NCBI GenBank assembly: GCA_016208965.1
Contig: JACQXB010000004.1
Span: 12,914 to 76,913, forward strand
Source: Nitrospirota bacterium
GTDB lineage: Bacteria > Nitrospirota > Thermodesulfovibrionia > UBA6902 > DSMQ01
Direction: 5' to 3'
Length of the DNA: 64,000 nt
The notes beneath the pieces were generated by a model. It was not told the DNA's origin and made no database searches. It saw only the letters and a program-made list of their open reading frames with translations. Each line of letters begins with the position of its first letter. The first letter of the stretch is position 1. Of this stretch, positions 19,652-28,623 are shown piece after piece. Position numbers and translations under genes: made by a program.

Positions 19652-19739
19652 GCCCTACACCTCTTTAATAATTTAAAAAGTTGAGCAATATGATTGTAAG
19701 ATGATAATGTGCAGCTAATAAGAAACCCGACTTTAAAAC

Positions 19740-20569
19740 TTACTTCTTCCATCCGCTTAGCTCCGCGCCAACAAGGTTTTCGAGTTTATCTATTTCAGGA
19801 AGAAAAACAGGATCAAGAATAGCTCTGGCTTTTTCCGTAATCAGATTTTCCTTCTTATAATCATATCCCTTGAAAAAAAGATTCTTAATCCTGTCTGAGC
19901 GCTTTGCATGGGTCAGAAAACCGTATAGATGCAAACTTCTCAATATTATGGCAGCGCCCTTGGTCAGCAGTGTAGCCAGCGGGAACCTCGGAATAATCGC
20001 AGTATTTACCTTTTTATCAATAACCGAGGGAATAAAATTCTCATCCACTCCAAGAAACCTGAAAAGGTTCTTGCATAGTTCAACCGGCCTGCTGACAAGG
20101 TCATCATAGAACAAAATAAATATATTATCCCGCGAAAACATATCATAATACGGTTTGCCCAGAGAATAATAACGATTCTCATATATGAGTTCCGGCATTT
20201 TTCCCAGTGCCTCTTCAAATGAGCAATTTAACGCCCCCCCCTTAATTTGAATGAATAAACGGACTGAATCCTCTCGTAGGGATTTCTCAGACAGATGATG
20301 ATCTTACAGTCAGGCACGGTTTTCCTGATCCTCTCGGGCACTGCCGGATCAAATATATAGCGGTTAGATATCTCCCCGACTGCCGAAGCCTTGCCGCAAT
20401 CCTCAAAAAACTTCTTATACCACCCGACACCTTTCTCATAATGAATATTAAAAAACTGGGTCTCTTTAATGTTTTTTGCAGTGCAGACTTCGCGGTGTTC
20501 CAACAAAACTTTATACAACCATGAAGTTCCGGCGCGGCCGGTTCCGATACAAATGAAATTAGGAAGCAT
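19740..20569 (-). pseudogene. Sulfotransferase split by a frameshift at a poly-G(8) tract
   Basis: N-terminal part 20228..20569 has the PAPS motifs GTGRAGTSWL and RNPYERIQS. C-terminal part 19740..20198 has FILFYDDL. The run of 8 C on the plus strand at 20234-20241 separates the two frames. Confidence 0.8.
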
Positions 20570-20613
20570 TCATCTTCTCCAGTTTAAAATGAACTGAATA
20601 TTTATAGATTCTG

Positions 20614-21523
20614 TCACAATGGCCTTGCCGTTATTAGCGAAGTTGCTGTTGCAAGATCTCTCAGCGACATTTTTTTAAAACGCCTCGGCAATCTGGCTGA
20701 TTTCAGATAATCAACACTCCTATCATCAACTGTCACATCCGTTCCCACTATCTTCATTCCTGATTCCCTGAAGAGTTCCAGCATCTCAGAAACACGCAGT
20801 CTGTTGAGATAAGCAAATTTATTGTCTGCTATTATTCTCCACAACCAGTCTGGGAATTTTAAGAAGTGCATAGAGCAAATCCGCGGATCAGATTTTGCCC
20901 AGTGATCGGTATGATCAATCAAATGGGCTGCAAGGCCAGTACGCTTAAGCAGTCTCCTCCCCTCCTTAAGAATAGTACTGATATCTTTCTTATTAATATG
21001 TTCCATTGTATTAATCGTGCATATGGCATCAAATGTTTCATCCGGCATGGCAACCTTTGATGCATCAGCAGAACAGTGATAAAAAATTTGGCAAGTATCA
21101 AGAACATCACTTAAATTCTTCGTGATACATATTCTTTCATACCGGTCTTCTTTAAACCACCTGCCATAGATACCCAGCAGGACATCCACGTTTTCCCGCA
21201 TCCATCCGACCATCTGTTCAATCAGAGCGTCGTCAAGCAAATTTGTTATATCAAATGTATCAGTCCGCTCAACCCCAAACCAGATAGAAACCCACCGGAG
21301 ATGTCGGGATACGTCCGGTACCTATTTCCATAATTCTCGCACTTGAAAATTTAAACCCTTTGGCCGCCAACGCCGATATTAGAAGAGCATTCCTCTGAAA
21401 CCTAGCCTTGAAATCCGGATTTTTCAGACCGCCTATCTTTTTCTGAAGCCATTGGTACGGTATCTCTCCATACGGGATGTTTCCAAACACTGCGTATCCA
21501 AGCATTTTTATCCTGTAATCCAT
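20614..21523 (-). pseudogene. Class I SAM-dependent methyltransferase interrupted by a 1-nt frameshift
   Basis: 21269..21523 carries motif I IMEIGTG. The frame of 20614..21240 stays open upstream (FGVERTDTFDITN) and overlaps the other frame near 21270-21300. Confidence 0.65.
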
Positions 21524-22867
21524 TTATCTCCTCTGACTAATAGAGTTTTTCACCTCGGCCGCCTTAATCTCTCGCCTTATAAAATCATGCACATAAGCAA
21601 GCATGACCCACGCAACAGGCATGGTTGTAGTTGAACGGAAGAAGATTATAAAGATAGCAGTTGAGAAGATAGACACTAACAAAGATTTTCTAAGTATTGT
21701 CTCTTGTCCCCAGTATTTCACTTTGTCGCGGCTCCTCCAGCAATGATAAACGATTAGAATAAGAAGTCCAAGTCCTATCACACCCATATCTAAGGTTATT
21801 ATTGCCCCGTATGCATTTGGTTTTTGTTCTTCTCCTGATGCGAATCTCTGGGAAATGGAATATCTATACCAATTCAGATTAAGAAGAGTGCTTAATTTGG
21901 AATACATGTCTTGGTATGATGCGATTCCATGACCCATCCCAAATCCATAATAAAGAGACGCGTAGCCCATCGCCACAGTTATAAATCGTCCGCCAGAAAG
22001 TGATGCGATACCTCCATACGAAAAAATTGATTCACTCTCTACCAAATTAATAAGTTTATTTAAGAGCGCAACAAATTTGACAGTATCCGTATAATAATTG
22101 AGCGTAATTATAGTAACTATAACAAATATTGGGACTATCGGCATCGTCATGAAGAACGCTTTTATTTTCTTAGCAAGTGAGCTATACCAGAATAACATGA
22201 ATAATAAAACCGAAAAGAAAATAAAGAGAAGCAAAAAAGTGGTACCTGATTTGTTCATGAACAACATAGTCAGTACAGCAATAGTAATCATGCTGAATAC
22301 TTTGCCTGATATTTTATTAATCATGTAGAAATATGCGCCAGTTGCCAACATCAGGGTGACAATGAAGCCTGCTCCGGAAGGCTCCTGGGCGAGAAACGAC
22401 ACGCCCCTTCCACCAAGGCCGAATGGTGATCCTGAAAAACGAGGAATTATAAGTTGTATATACGACTGCGCCCACACAAGAAGGCCAAAGGTTTGAAGTG
22501 TTCCCACAACGAAATATAATATGAAAGCGGTGTAAAATATTTTTGGGGAAAGCAAAGCTGTATTGTCCTTAAGAGCGAGAAAAATAAGCAATGGTAATAC
22601 ATAACTGCCCGCCGCCAAGATTACTGACCCTGGAGATCTTCCTAATAGAATAGAGGCTATTGAGAACATGAATAGAAACAAGAAGAAAAGTATAATTAAG
22701 AATGAAATCCTGTCTTTCTTGAATGAGAAAAGCATGATACTAATGAGTGCCACAAGAGCGCAGAACGGCTGGACCTCAGCCTCAATCCAAGGCACTATTT
22801 TAAAAAAAGGGAAAAATGAAAGAAATAAAACTATATTTAGAAGAGTGCTTTTCCTTATTGATCTCAT
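21524..22867 (-). CDS. Polytopic membrane protein, O-antigen/EPS polymerase (Wzy-like)
   Basis: About 11-12 TM helices with one large loop, located between the flippase and the modification genes. Confidence 0.55.
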   Translation of the reverse strand: MRSIRKSTLLNIVLFLSFFPFFKIVPWIEAEVQPFCALVALISIMLFSFKKDRISFLIILFFLFLFMFSIASILLGRSPGSVILAAGSYVLPLLIFLALKDNTALLSPKIFYTAFILYFVVGTLQTFGLLVWAQSYIQLIIPRFSGSPFGLGGRGVSFLAQEPSGAGFIVTLMLATGAYFYMINKISGKVFSMITIAVLTMLFMNKSGTTFLLLFIFFSVLLFMLFWYSSLAKKIKAFFMTMPIVPIFVIVTIITLNYYTDTVKFVALLNKLINLVESESIFSYGGIASLSGGRFITVAMGYASLYYGFGMGHGIASYQDMYSKLSTLLNLNWYRYSISQRFASGEEQKPNAYGAIITLDMGVIGLGLLILIVYHCWRSRDKVKYWGQETILRKSLLVSIFSTAIFIIFFRSTTTMPVAWVMLAYVHDFIRREIKAAEVKNSISQRR

Positions 22868-22910
22868 AATAGATAATATATTTTTTTAGATATATAATTT
22901 TCAGAATTCT

Positions 22911-24260
22911 TTATTTATTTATTTTTAAAAATGGCATATATACAGTATAGAAATTAAAATATTTCTTTATGCACAAAACAGCAGCTATGTTCCAAAATAT
23001 CATCGCAATCATATTTGATATAGCTGCTCCGGCAATTCCCAATTTTGGAATCAACAAATAGTCGAGCATGATATTCAGCATTACAGCGAATATCATTATA
23101 TATTGAAAGGCCTTCTCTTTCCCAGTCATCTGTAATATAAAACCTACAGAGCCAGAAACCGCATTTATGAACTGCCCTATGGTTAAATAAATCAAGGCAT
23201 AGCGGCCCTCTATAAAATCTTTCCCAAATATGCCCATAACAAAAGAGGGGAACGTCAGAAATATGCAAACCACCGGCAAAGAAACCCAAAATATCATTTT
23301 CGTAGAATGTTGGGCCATCTTGCCAAGCGATTTGATATCATTTTTCCCGAAGAATTCCGCAAATTTGGGAGCAGCAATACTGTTAACTGCAAAAAGAGGA
23401 ACACTAATAACAGTTGCAATTTTTGTAGCAATATTATAAATGCCAACATCTTTATCGGACATGAATATACCCAACATCACTGTGTCAGTCCACTGCATCA
23501 GATATAGCATTGAGCCGGATAATAACATCGGCAAGGAAATTCTCAGAATGTCAATGATTGCAAAACCGGGCTGAGAGATTTCACCCTCAACCCTGCGATT
23601 TATATTACGCCACCACCACTTAAAACTCAATAAAGCAGCAACGTATGTTCCACAGGTAAAAGCAATGATGGGCATTTTAGCATGCTTATCGGCTAATAAG
23701 AAACCCATTAAGATAAGACTGCCGAATGCAAACGGTGCAGCATACTGAAGAAATGTAAACTCCCTGATTTTCTTTATGCCTCTTAATGCCTGAGCATTTA
23801 TACTCATTACAGCCATAGGAATTATCGCCAAAGAAATAATTCTAAAATGTAGCATCAAGTACTCTTTGTTGAGGCTTCTAGCAATATGGGGCGCAAAGAC
23901 GAACGTAATAATGGTAACCAAAATGCTGAATGGCACTATTATCTTTAAAGCCTGACTATAAACGCGCCTAACCGAGTCCCACTTGTTTTGAGATGAATAC
24001 TCCGCCACAAAGCGAATCAAGAAAGTATCTGTCCCCAATTTGGACAGCATGGAAAATATCTGAAAAAAAGTAAAAGACAAAACAAATATGCCTGCAATCT
24101 CAGCACCATAATTCCTTGCGAGCAACAAGTAAAAAACATACGCCGCAGCTACGCCACCAATCGTAACTATTAAAGCAGTAGAACTGCCGCTTACCAGTTC
24201 ACGCAAATGGCTATCAAGTTTTTTATCAGTTAGGTAACTCAGCAGAGCAATCATTATCAA
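22911..24260 (-). CDS. wzx: Oligosaccharide flippase (MOP/Wzx family)
   Basis: 449 aa, about 12-14 TM helices. N-terminal SGSSTALIVTIGGVAAAYVFYLLLARNYG pattern typical of polysaccharide biosynthesis flippases. Confidence 0.8.
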   Translation of the reverse strand: MIMIALLSYLTDKKLDSHLRELVSGSSTALIVTIGGVAAAYVFYLLLARNYGAEIAGIFVLSFTFFQIFSMLSKLGTDTFLIRFVAEYSSQNKWDSVRRVYSQALKIIVPFSILVTIITFVFAPHIARSLNKEYLMLHFRIISLAIIPMAVMSINAQALRGIKKIREFTFLQYAAPFAFGSLILMGFLLADKHAKMPIIAFTCGTYVAALLSFKWWWRNINRRVEGEISQPGFAIIDILRISLPMLLSGSMLYLMQWTDTVMLGIFMSDKDVGIYNIATKIATVISVPLFAVNSIAAPKFAEFFGKNDIKSLGKMAQHSTKMIFWVSLPVVCIFLTFPSFVMGIFGKDFIEGRYALIYLTIGQFINAVSGSVGFILQMTGKEKAFQYIMIFAVMLNIMLDYLLIPKLGIAGAAISNMIAMIFWNIAAVLCIKKYFNFYTVYMPFLKINK

Positions 24261-24266
24261 TAAAAT

Positions 24267-25502
24267 CTATATATGAGTAATGTGATTTGGCCGGGCTTTA
24301 CTGGTCAAGATAGGTACCTTATCCGCCAAGTCGATCTCAGCACGCCACTTGGAACGGCAAGGGATCTTTGACATATCACACCTGTCCTTATATTTTTGTG
24401 CAATGGTAATCACTTCCTCCATAAGCCCCCCGCTCAGAGTTATAGGAGACAGCCCGAGTTCCATGAATTTTTTATTTGAGACCTTCAACGTATTTTCGTC
24501 TGCCTCTACACGGGGATTAACAAGGTATTGAATTTCCGCCCCGATCATTTTCGCAACCTTCCCTGCCAGCCATTTCACGGTATGCGTCTCTGTGGCCTGA
24601 TTGAAAATCTCGACACGGCTATGCTGTTCCGGAGGATTCTCAATTGCAAGCTTAATGCACTTCACAGTGTCACGAATGTGAATAAACGCCCGCGTTTGCC
24701 CTCCGCTACCATGAACCGTTAGCGGGTATCCAATGGCGGCCTGCATGAGGAAGCGGTTAAGGACAGTGCCATAGTCTCCATCGTAATCGAAACGGTTTAT
24801 CAACCTCTCGTCAAGCAAAGTTTCATCGGTATTCGTACCCCATACGATTCCCTGATGCAGATCGGTAATCCTCAGACGGTCGTTCTTGTTGTAATAGTAG
24901 AACATGAGCGCGTCCTGAGTCTTGGTCATATGGTAGACGCTTCCAGGGTTCGCCGGATAAAGTATTTCGAGATCTTTCTTCTCTCCATCAACATCAACCG
25001 CCACTTTAAGATAACCTTCAGGAATCTCCATGCCGGCCATCCCGTACCCATACACGCCCATGGTCCCAAGATGGACCACATGGATATCGAGGCCCGATTC
25101 CACGATCGCGCAGAGGATATTGTGGGTTGCATTTATATTGTTATTTACTGTGTAACGCTTGTGAAACGCAGATTTCATTGAGTACGGCGCGGCTCTTTGC
25201 TCGGCAAAATGAACAATCGCTCTGGGCTCGATCTCCTTTAACAGTGTCAAGAGCCTGTGATAATTCTCCGCAACATTGATATTGATGAATTTGATGTCTC
25301 TTCCTGTATGCTGCTTCCACGCTTTAATCCGTGTCCCCATCGGTTGTATCGGCGTCAGGGAATACGCCTCAAGTTCATTATCGATATTGCGCCTGCTTAA
25401 ATTGTCAACTATGGTCACATCATATCCATGCTGTGATAAAAATAGCGCTGTTGGCCAGCCACAGAAGCCGTCTCCTCCAAATATTACAACCTTTTCTTCC
25501 AT
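24267..25502 (-). CDS. sqdB: UDP-sulfoquinovose synthase (SQD1/SqdB family SDR)
   Basis: GGDGFCGWPTAL, VDNLSRR, SLTPI, HFAEQRAAPYSM, LGTMGVYG, SVYHMTKTQD, DLHQGIVWG, RFDYDGDYGTVLNRF, GGQTRAF.HIRDTV all track the remembered Arabidopsis SQD1 sequence. Start taken at MEEKVV with the AGGAGG RBS; the ORF-track start at 25592 is an upstream extension. Confidence 0.85.
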   Translation of the reverse strand: MEEKVVIFGGDGFCGWPTALFLSQHGYDVTIVDNLSRRNIDNELEAYSLTPIQPMGTRIKAWKQHTGRDIKFININVAENYHRLLTLLKEIEPRAIVHFAEQRAAPYSMKSAFHKRYTVNNNINATHNILCAIVESGLDIHVVHLGTMGVYGYGMAGMEIPEGYLKVAVDVDGEKKDLEILYPANPGSVYHMTKTQDALMFYYYNKNDRLRITDLHQGIVWGTNTDETLLDERLINRFDYDGDYGTVLNRFLMQAAIGYPLTVHGSGGQTRAFIHIRDTVKCIKLAIENPPEQHSRVEIFNQATETHTVKWLAGKVAKMIGAEIQYLVNPRVEADENTLKVSNKKFMELGLSPITLSGGLMEEVITIAQKYKDRCDMSKIPCRSKWRAEIDLADKVPILTSKARPNHITHI

Positions 25503-25705
25503 AACTCCTCTCCTCCTTGAAACTTTGCGGAATTCCCAGCTTTTTTGTGTCACATTCTTAATTCGGAGAATCTCCCTTTTATTATCAAACAAGCTGTCAT
25601 CCTTTCAAAGCTGAACCCCCGACTTCTGATTAAATGTAATGTTATTTTGCAAGATACTTGCCTCAATCAACTTCTTATCTTTTTTAGATACGCCTTTCCT
25701 TGTTT

Positions 25706-26107
25706 TTAACTTGTCAGCCAATTTTCAATCTTGAGTCCGGGAATCCTTTTAAAATGATTTTCGTTATTCGTCACAAGGACAGCATCGTGATTTTTCACAA
25801 TGCTCGCTATCAGAATGTCCGCATCATTAATCAGCGCCCCTGATTTCCTTAAGGAAGCATAGATTTCGCCGCCTATTCTTGACGACTCGTAGGTTTCGTC
25901 CATTAATATTGATGAGTTGACCAACGCACTGAGGAATCCCTCTTCTTCCAATTTACCACTATCAAATATTCCCTTAAAAAACTCATATACGCTGAGCCAT
26001 GATAATCCGATAGAGTCATCTTCCCGCAGATTTTCAATTCTGATTTTTATAGATTCATTTCCTCTGAAGTATTCTATTAGGATGTCGGTATCAAGACAGT
26101 AGATCAC
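25706..26107 (-). CDS. vapC: VapC PIN-domain toxin
   Basis: MIYCLDTDILIEY, DILIASI, LVTNNENHFKRIPGLKIENW. Confidence 0.88.
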   Translation of the reverse strand: MIYCLDTDILIEYFRGNESIKIRIENLREDDSIGLSWLSVYEFFKGIFDSGKLEEEGFLSALVNSSILMDETYESSRIGGEIYASLRKSGALINDADILIASIVKNHDAVLVTNNENHFKRIPGLKIENWLTS

Positions 26108-26358
26108 AGTTTGATATCGCCCCTGCCGAATTTTTTTCGGTCTTTAAAGATACCCCTAAAAATATTAATCTCATCTGCATTTTTCTGGTTCCATATACCA
26201 AATAAATCAAGAAACTCTGCCTTGTTAAACTTTGCTGTTTCAATTATTATGCGTATTTTTCTGCCCCTTTTAAGAGAGAGCTTGCTTGCTATTTCTTTAG
26301 GAATTGACAGGTGACCATCATTCAGATATTCTGCCATATACGCTGCTCTATTCCCCAT
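26104..26358 (-). CDS. vapB: AbrB/SpoVT-fold antitoxin (VapB)
   Basis: HLSIPKEIASKLSLKRGRKIRIIIE. Overlaps the vapC start. Start chosen at MGNRAAY with the AGGAGG RBS. Confidence 0.75.
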   Translation of the reverse strand: MGNRAAYMAEYLNDGHLSIPKEIASKLSLKRGRKIRIIIETAKFNKAEFLDLFGIWNQKNADEINIFRGIFKDRKKFGRGDIKL

Positions 26359-26380
26359 TTCTTTGTCCTCCTTTTTATGG

Positions 26381-26392
26381 TTAATTATACCA
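26381..26392 (-). promoter_or_regulatory. Extended -10 promoter element (TGGTATAAT) for vapBC
   Basis: The minus strand reads tatGGTATAATtaacc, about 26 nt upstream of the ATG at 26358. Confidence 0.4.
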
Positions 26393-26524
26393 TAGTTTTG
26401 CAATTAACCGAACCAAAGAGGGACACATCCTATTTTCTAAAAAATCTCCCTTTATAAGAAACCAAATATAAACACAAAAGGTGTCAGGCATTGAAATGTG
26501 AATTAACATTCCATGTTTTATATT

Positions 26525-26710
26525 TTACTTTTCTGAAAACGGATTAATGATTTTAAGTTTTTTCTCAATGACCTGCCCCTGCTGAAGGTCTTCAGTATAG
26601 AGAGCAGAGCAGTTACTCTCCAATGCTGAAGCTATGATAAGGCTGTCCCAATATGCGAAACCATCTATGTGCAGCGAGCTTATAGACCAAGACGGCACTG
26701 AATAAAACAA
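26525..26710 (-). pseudogene. PIN-domain remnant (C-terminal half only)
   Basis: DGFAYWDSLIIASALESNCSALYTEDLQQGQVIEKKLKIINPFS parallels the C-terminus of 27604..28020. Confidence 0.6.
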
Positions 26711-27052
26711 GGAACTCTGCTGAAAAAGTGACGATATAATCTTTCTTCATCTTTTGAATAATCTATGAAGCATTTTTATCATCTTGAATTGCCTTTACCA
26801 TGTTTTTAGCTGCATTGCCTTCTCCATAAAGTTTTATATTAAAATCAAACTGCCTGTCTTTCATCTTATAAAATGTATTTACAGAAAAGGGGACAGGCTA
26901 CTTTTTTCTGGTTTGTCTGGTCTATCTCAAATGTCATTGAGTCATAGCGTCGTTGCGTCATACAAATAGCTTACAAGCGAACAAGCCAACAAGCTGGGAA
27001 GCATGGAAAACGTGAGCCGTAAACAGCATGGAGCAAAGAGCAAGGCGTTCGG

Positions 27053-27265
27053 TTATGCCGCTACCAGAACGTCTTTCAGCTTCTCTTCCAGTGCCTTGAT
27101 CATATTCTGGATCGCCTCAACCTCTTTTTCCTCAAAGTATCTCTCCCCGCACTGTGAGCACACATAACCAGGGATTTTCTCAATGAAGAGATGATATCCA
27201 TTTCTGTCCACGGTGTATGAGACTGAGGCTTTTTCCATTTCCCCATTGCAGAACAGGCACTTCAT
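27053..27265 (-). CDS. YgiT/MqsA-type zinc-finger antitoxin
   Basis: CLFCNGEM...CSQCGERYF, two CxxC pairs. Overlaps the upstream DUF4258 gene. Confidence 0.8.
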   Translation of the reverse strand: MKCLFCNGEMEKASVSYTVDRNGYHLFIEKIPGYVCSQCGERYFEEKEVEAIQNMIKALEEKLKDVLVAA

Positions 27266-27579
27266 TTTTTTCTCCTTTTCTTAAAATCCTCTTGCCATTT
27301 TTCCAAAGACGGTATATATGCCGTTATTATAGCAAGATATTCCTCTTTTGGCGCGCATACTATATGGACGGGCCTTTTGGTATCAGGCATGGCGAACATC
27401 AGACAACTATGCCCCCTCTTGTCTTCTGGGTAATCCTCTATGATCTCGCCATTGAACACTACCTGCCTCACTTCTTCCACCGATATGAGCTCGTCCTCAG
27501 CGTTCATCTCATCAACTGCATGCGCAGTATAGATGATCCTCTTTGTTGCTGCTCGCCTTATTTGATCAACAAGATTCAT
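27262..27579 (-). CDS. DUF4258-family toxin-like protein
   Basis: IYTAHAVDEMNAEDELISVEEVRQVVFNGEIIEDYPEDKRG...PVHIVCA pattern. Confidence 0.7.
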   Translation of the reverse strand: MNLVDQIRRAATKRIIYTAHAVDEMNAEDELISVEEVRQVVFNGEIIEDYPEDKRGHSCLMFAMPDTKRPVHIVCAPKEEYLAIITAYIPSLEKWQEDFKKRRKK

Positions 27580-27603
27580 ACGTAAAGGGGACGGTTCTAT
27601 TTT

Positions 27604-28020
27604 TCATGAAAACGGATTAATGATCTTGAGTTTTTTTTCAATGATCTGGCCGTCCTGCATGTCTTCCGTATAAAGCGTTGAACAGTTATTTTCCAATGCA
27701 ACAGCCAATATTAAACTGTCCCAATATGCGAAACCATTGAGTATGCTGATATCCATAGCCTTTATAACCGATGAGGAAAGGACGTCAACTACATTAAAAT
27801 TTGAAGATATTTCCAACCCCATTTGTCTCGCTTCCTCTTTTTCCTTCAATCCTTTTTTGACCAGGACATGAAAGAATTCTCCAAGAACCTGTGTGCTGAT
27901 GATAATATCTTCAAAATATTTATCAACAAGGCTCTTTATTGTTTCTGTTTTTTCTTTGTTTGAATCGTCAGCATACAGGTATACCCAGAGATTTGTATCT
28001 ACGAAAACCCTATCGTTCAT
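27604..28020 (-). CDS. PIN-domain toxin
   Basis: VFVDTNLWVY, GFAYWDSLILAVA, LYTEDMQDGQ. Confidence 0.85.
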   Translation of the reverse strand: MNDRVFVDTNLWVYLYADDSNKEKTETIKSLVDKYFEDIIISTQVLGEFFHVLVKKGLKEKEEARQMGLEISSNFNVVDVLSSSVIKAMDISILNGFAYWDSLILAVALENNCSTLYTEDMQDGQIIEKKLKIINPFS

Positions 28021-28231
28021 GCAATTCTTCTCTATTGAACTTGTAGTCTTTGGGTAGGGTTATAGCATGTTTTTTGACAAATTCAAAAAAAACTTTTTTA
28101 TCATTTATGGGGCTCTTAAGTTTTAAGTTTTTTTTGCCATATTTTGTTAAAAGATACTCATAGAAATCGATTAACTCCTTTTTCACTTCCTTGGGCAGAA
28201 TATCAATATCTATCTCTTTTAGTCTTGCCAT
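28010..28231 (-). CDS. Putative antitoxin (DUF2281-like) of the downstream PIN toxin
   Basis: 73 aa; overlaps the PIN gene start; LPKEVKKELIDFYEYLLTKY motif. Confidence 0.5.
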   Translation of the reverse strand: MARLKEIDIDILPKEVKKELIDFYEYLLTKYGKKNLKLKSPINDKKVFFEFVKKHAITLPKDYKFNREELHER

Positions 28232-28391
28232 ATATTTCCTCCTTTACCTCTGCTATTTTTATTGCCATAAAACCCCCTCTTGCCTTATTTTAGCACAATC
28301 TCTCAGCAAACCTCACATGGATTTTGACATCCCCCATGGAAACAAACAAGGGCATAAATCTAAGAGTAAATCTAAGAGGGACACAGAGCCT

Positions 28392-28512
28392 GTCTAAAAA
28401 CTATAATTCCATCAGACTGTCATTCCCCGACTTGATCGGGGAATCCAGTTTTTTCAATAGGTTCTGGATTGTCCAGTCAAGCTGGACAATGACAAATACT
28501 GAGTTTTTAGAC
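28392..28512. mobile_element. 121-bp MITE with 11-bp perfect TIR (GTCTAAAAACT) and an internal GTCATTC...AATGAC cloverleaf unit (28419-28493)
   Basis: TIRs at 28392-28402 and 28502-28512. The internal hairpins match the copy at 10888-10960 with compensatory stem changes. Confidence 0.7.
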
Positions 28513-28623
28513 AAGCTCCACATCCCATATTCTAAAAAATCTCCCTTTATTATCAAACAAGCTGTCTCCCATCCAAACTGAAGGTGTAAAAGGGGACGCA
28601 ACCCTTTAACCCATCAGAAGTAT

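Noticed and set aside
25503-25592. Upstream 30-codon extension of the sqdB ORF
   Set aside because: Homology to SQD1 starts at MEEKVV, which has a strong AGGAGG RBS. The extension overlaps a spacer repeat motif.
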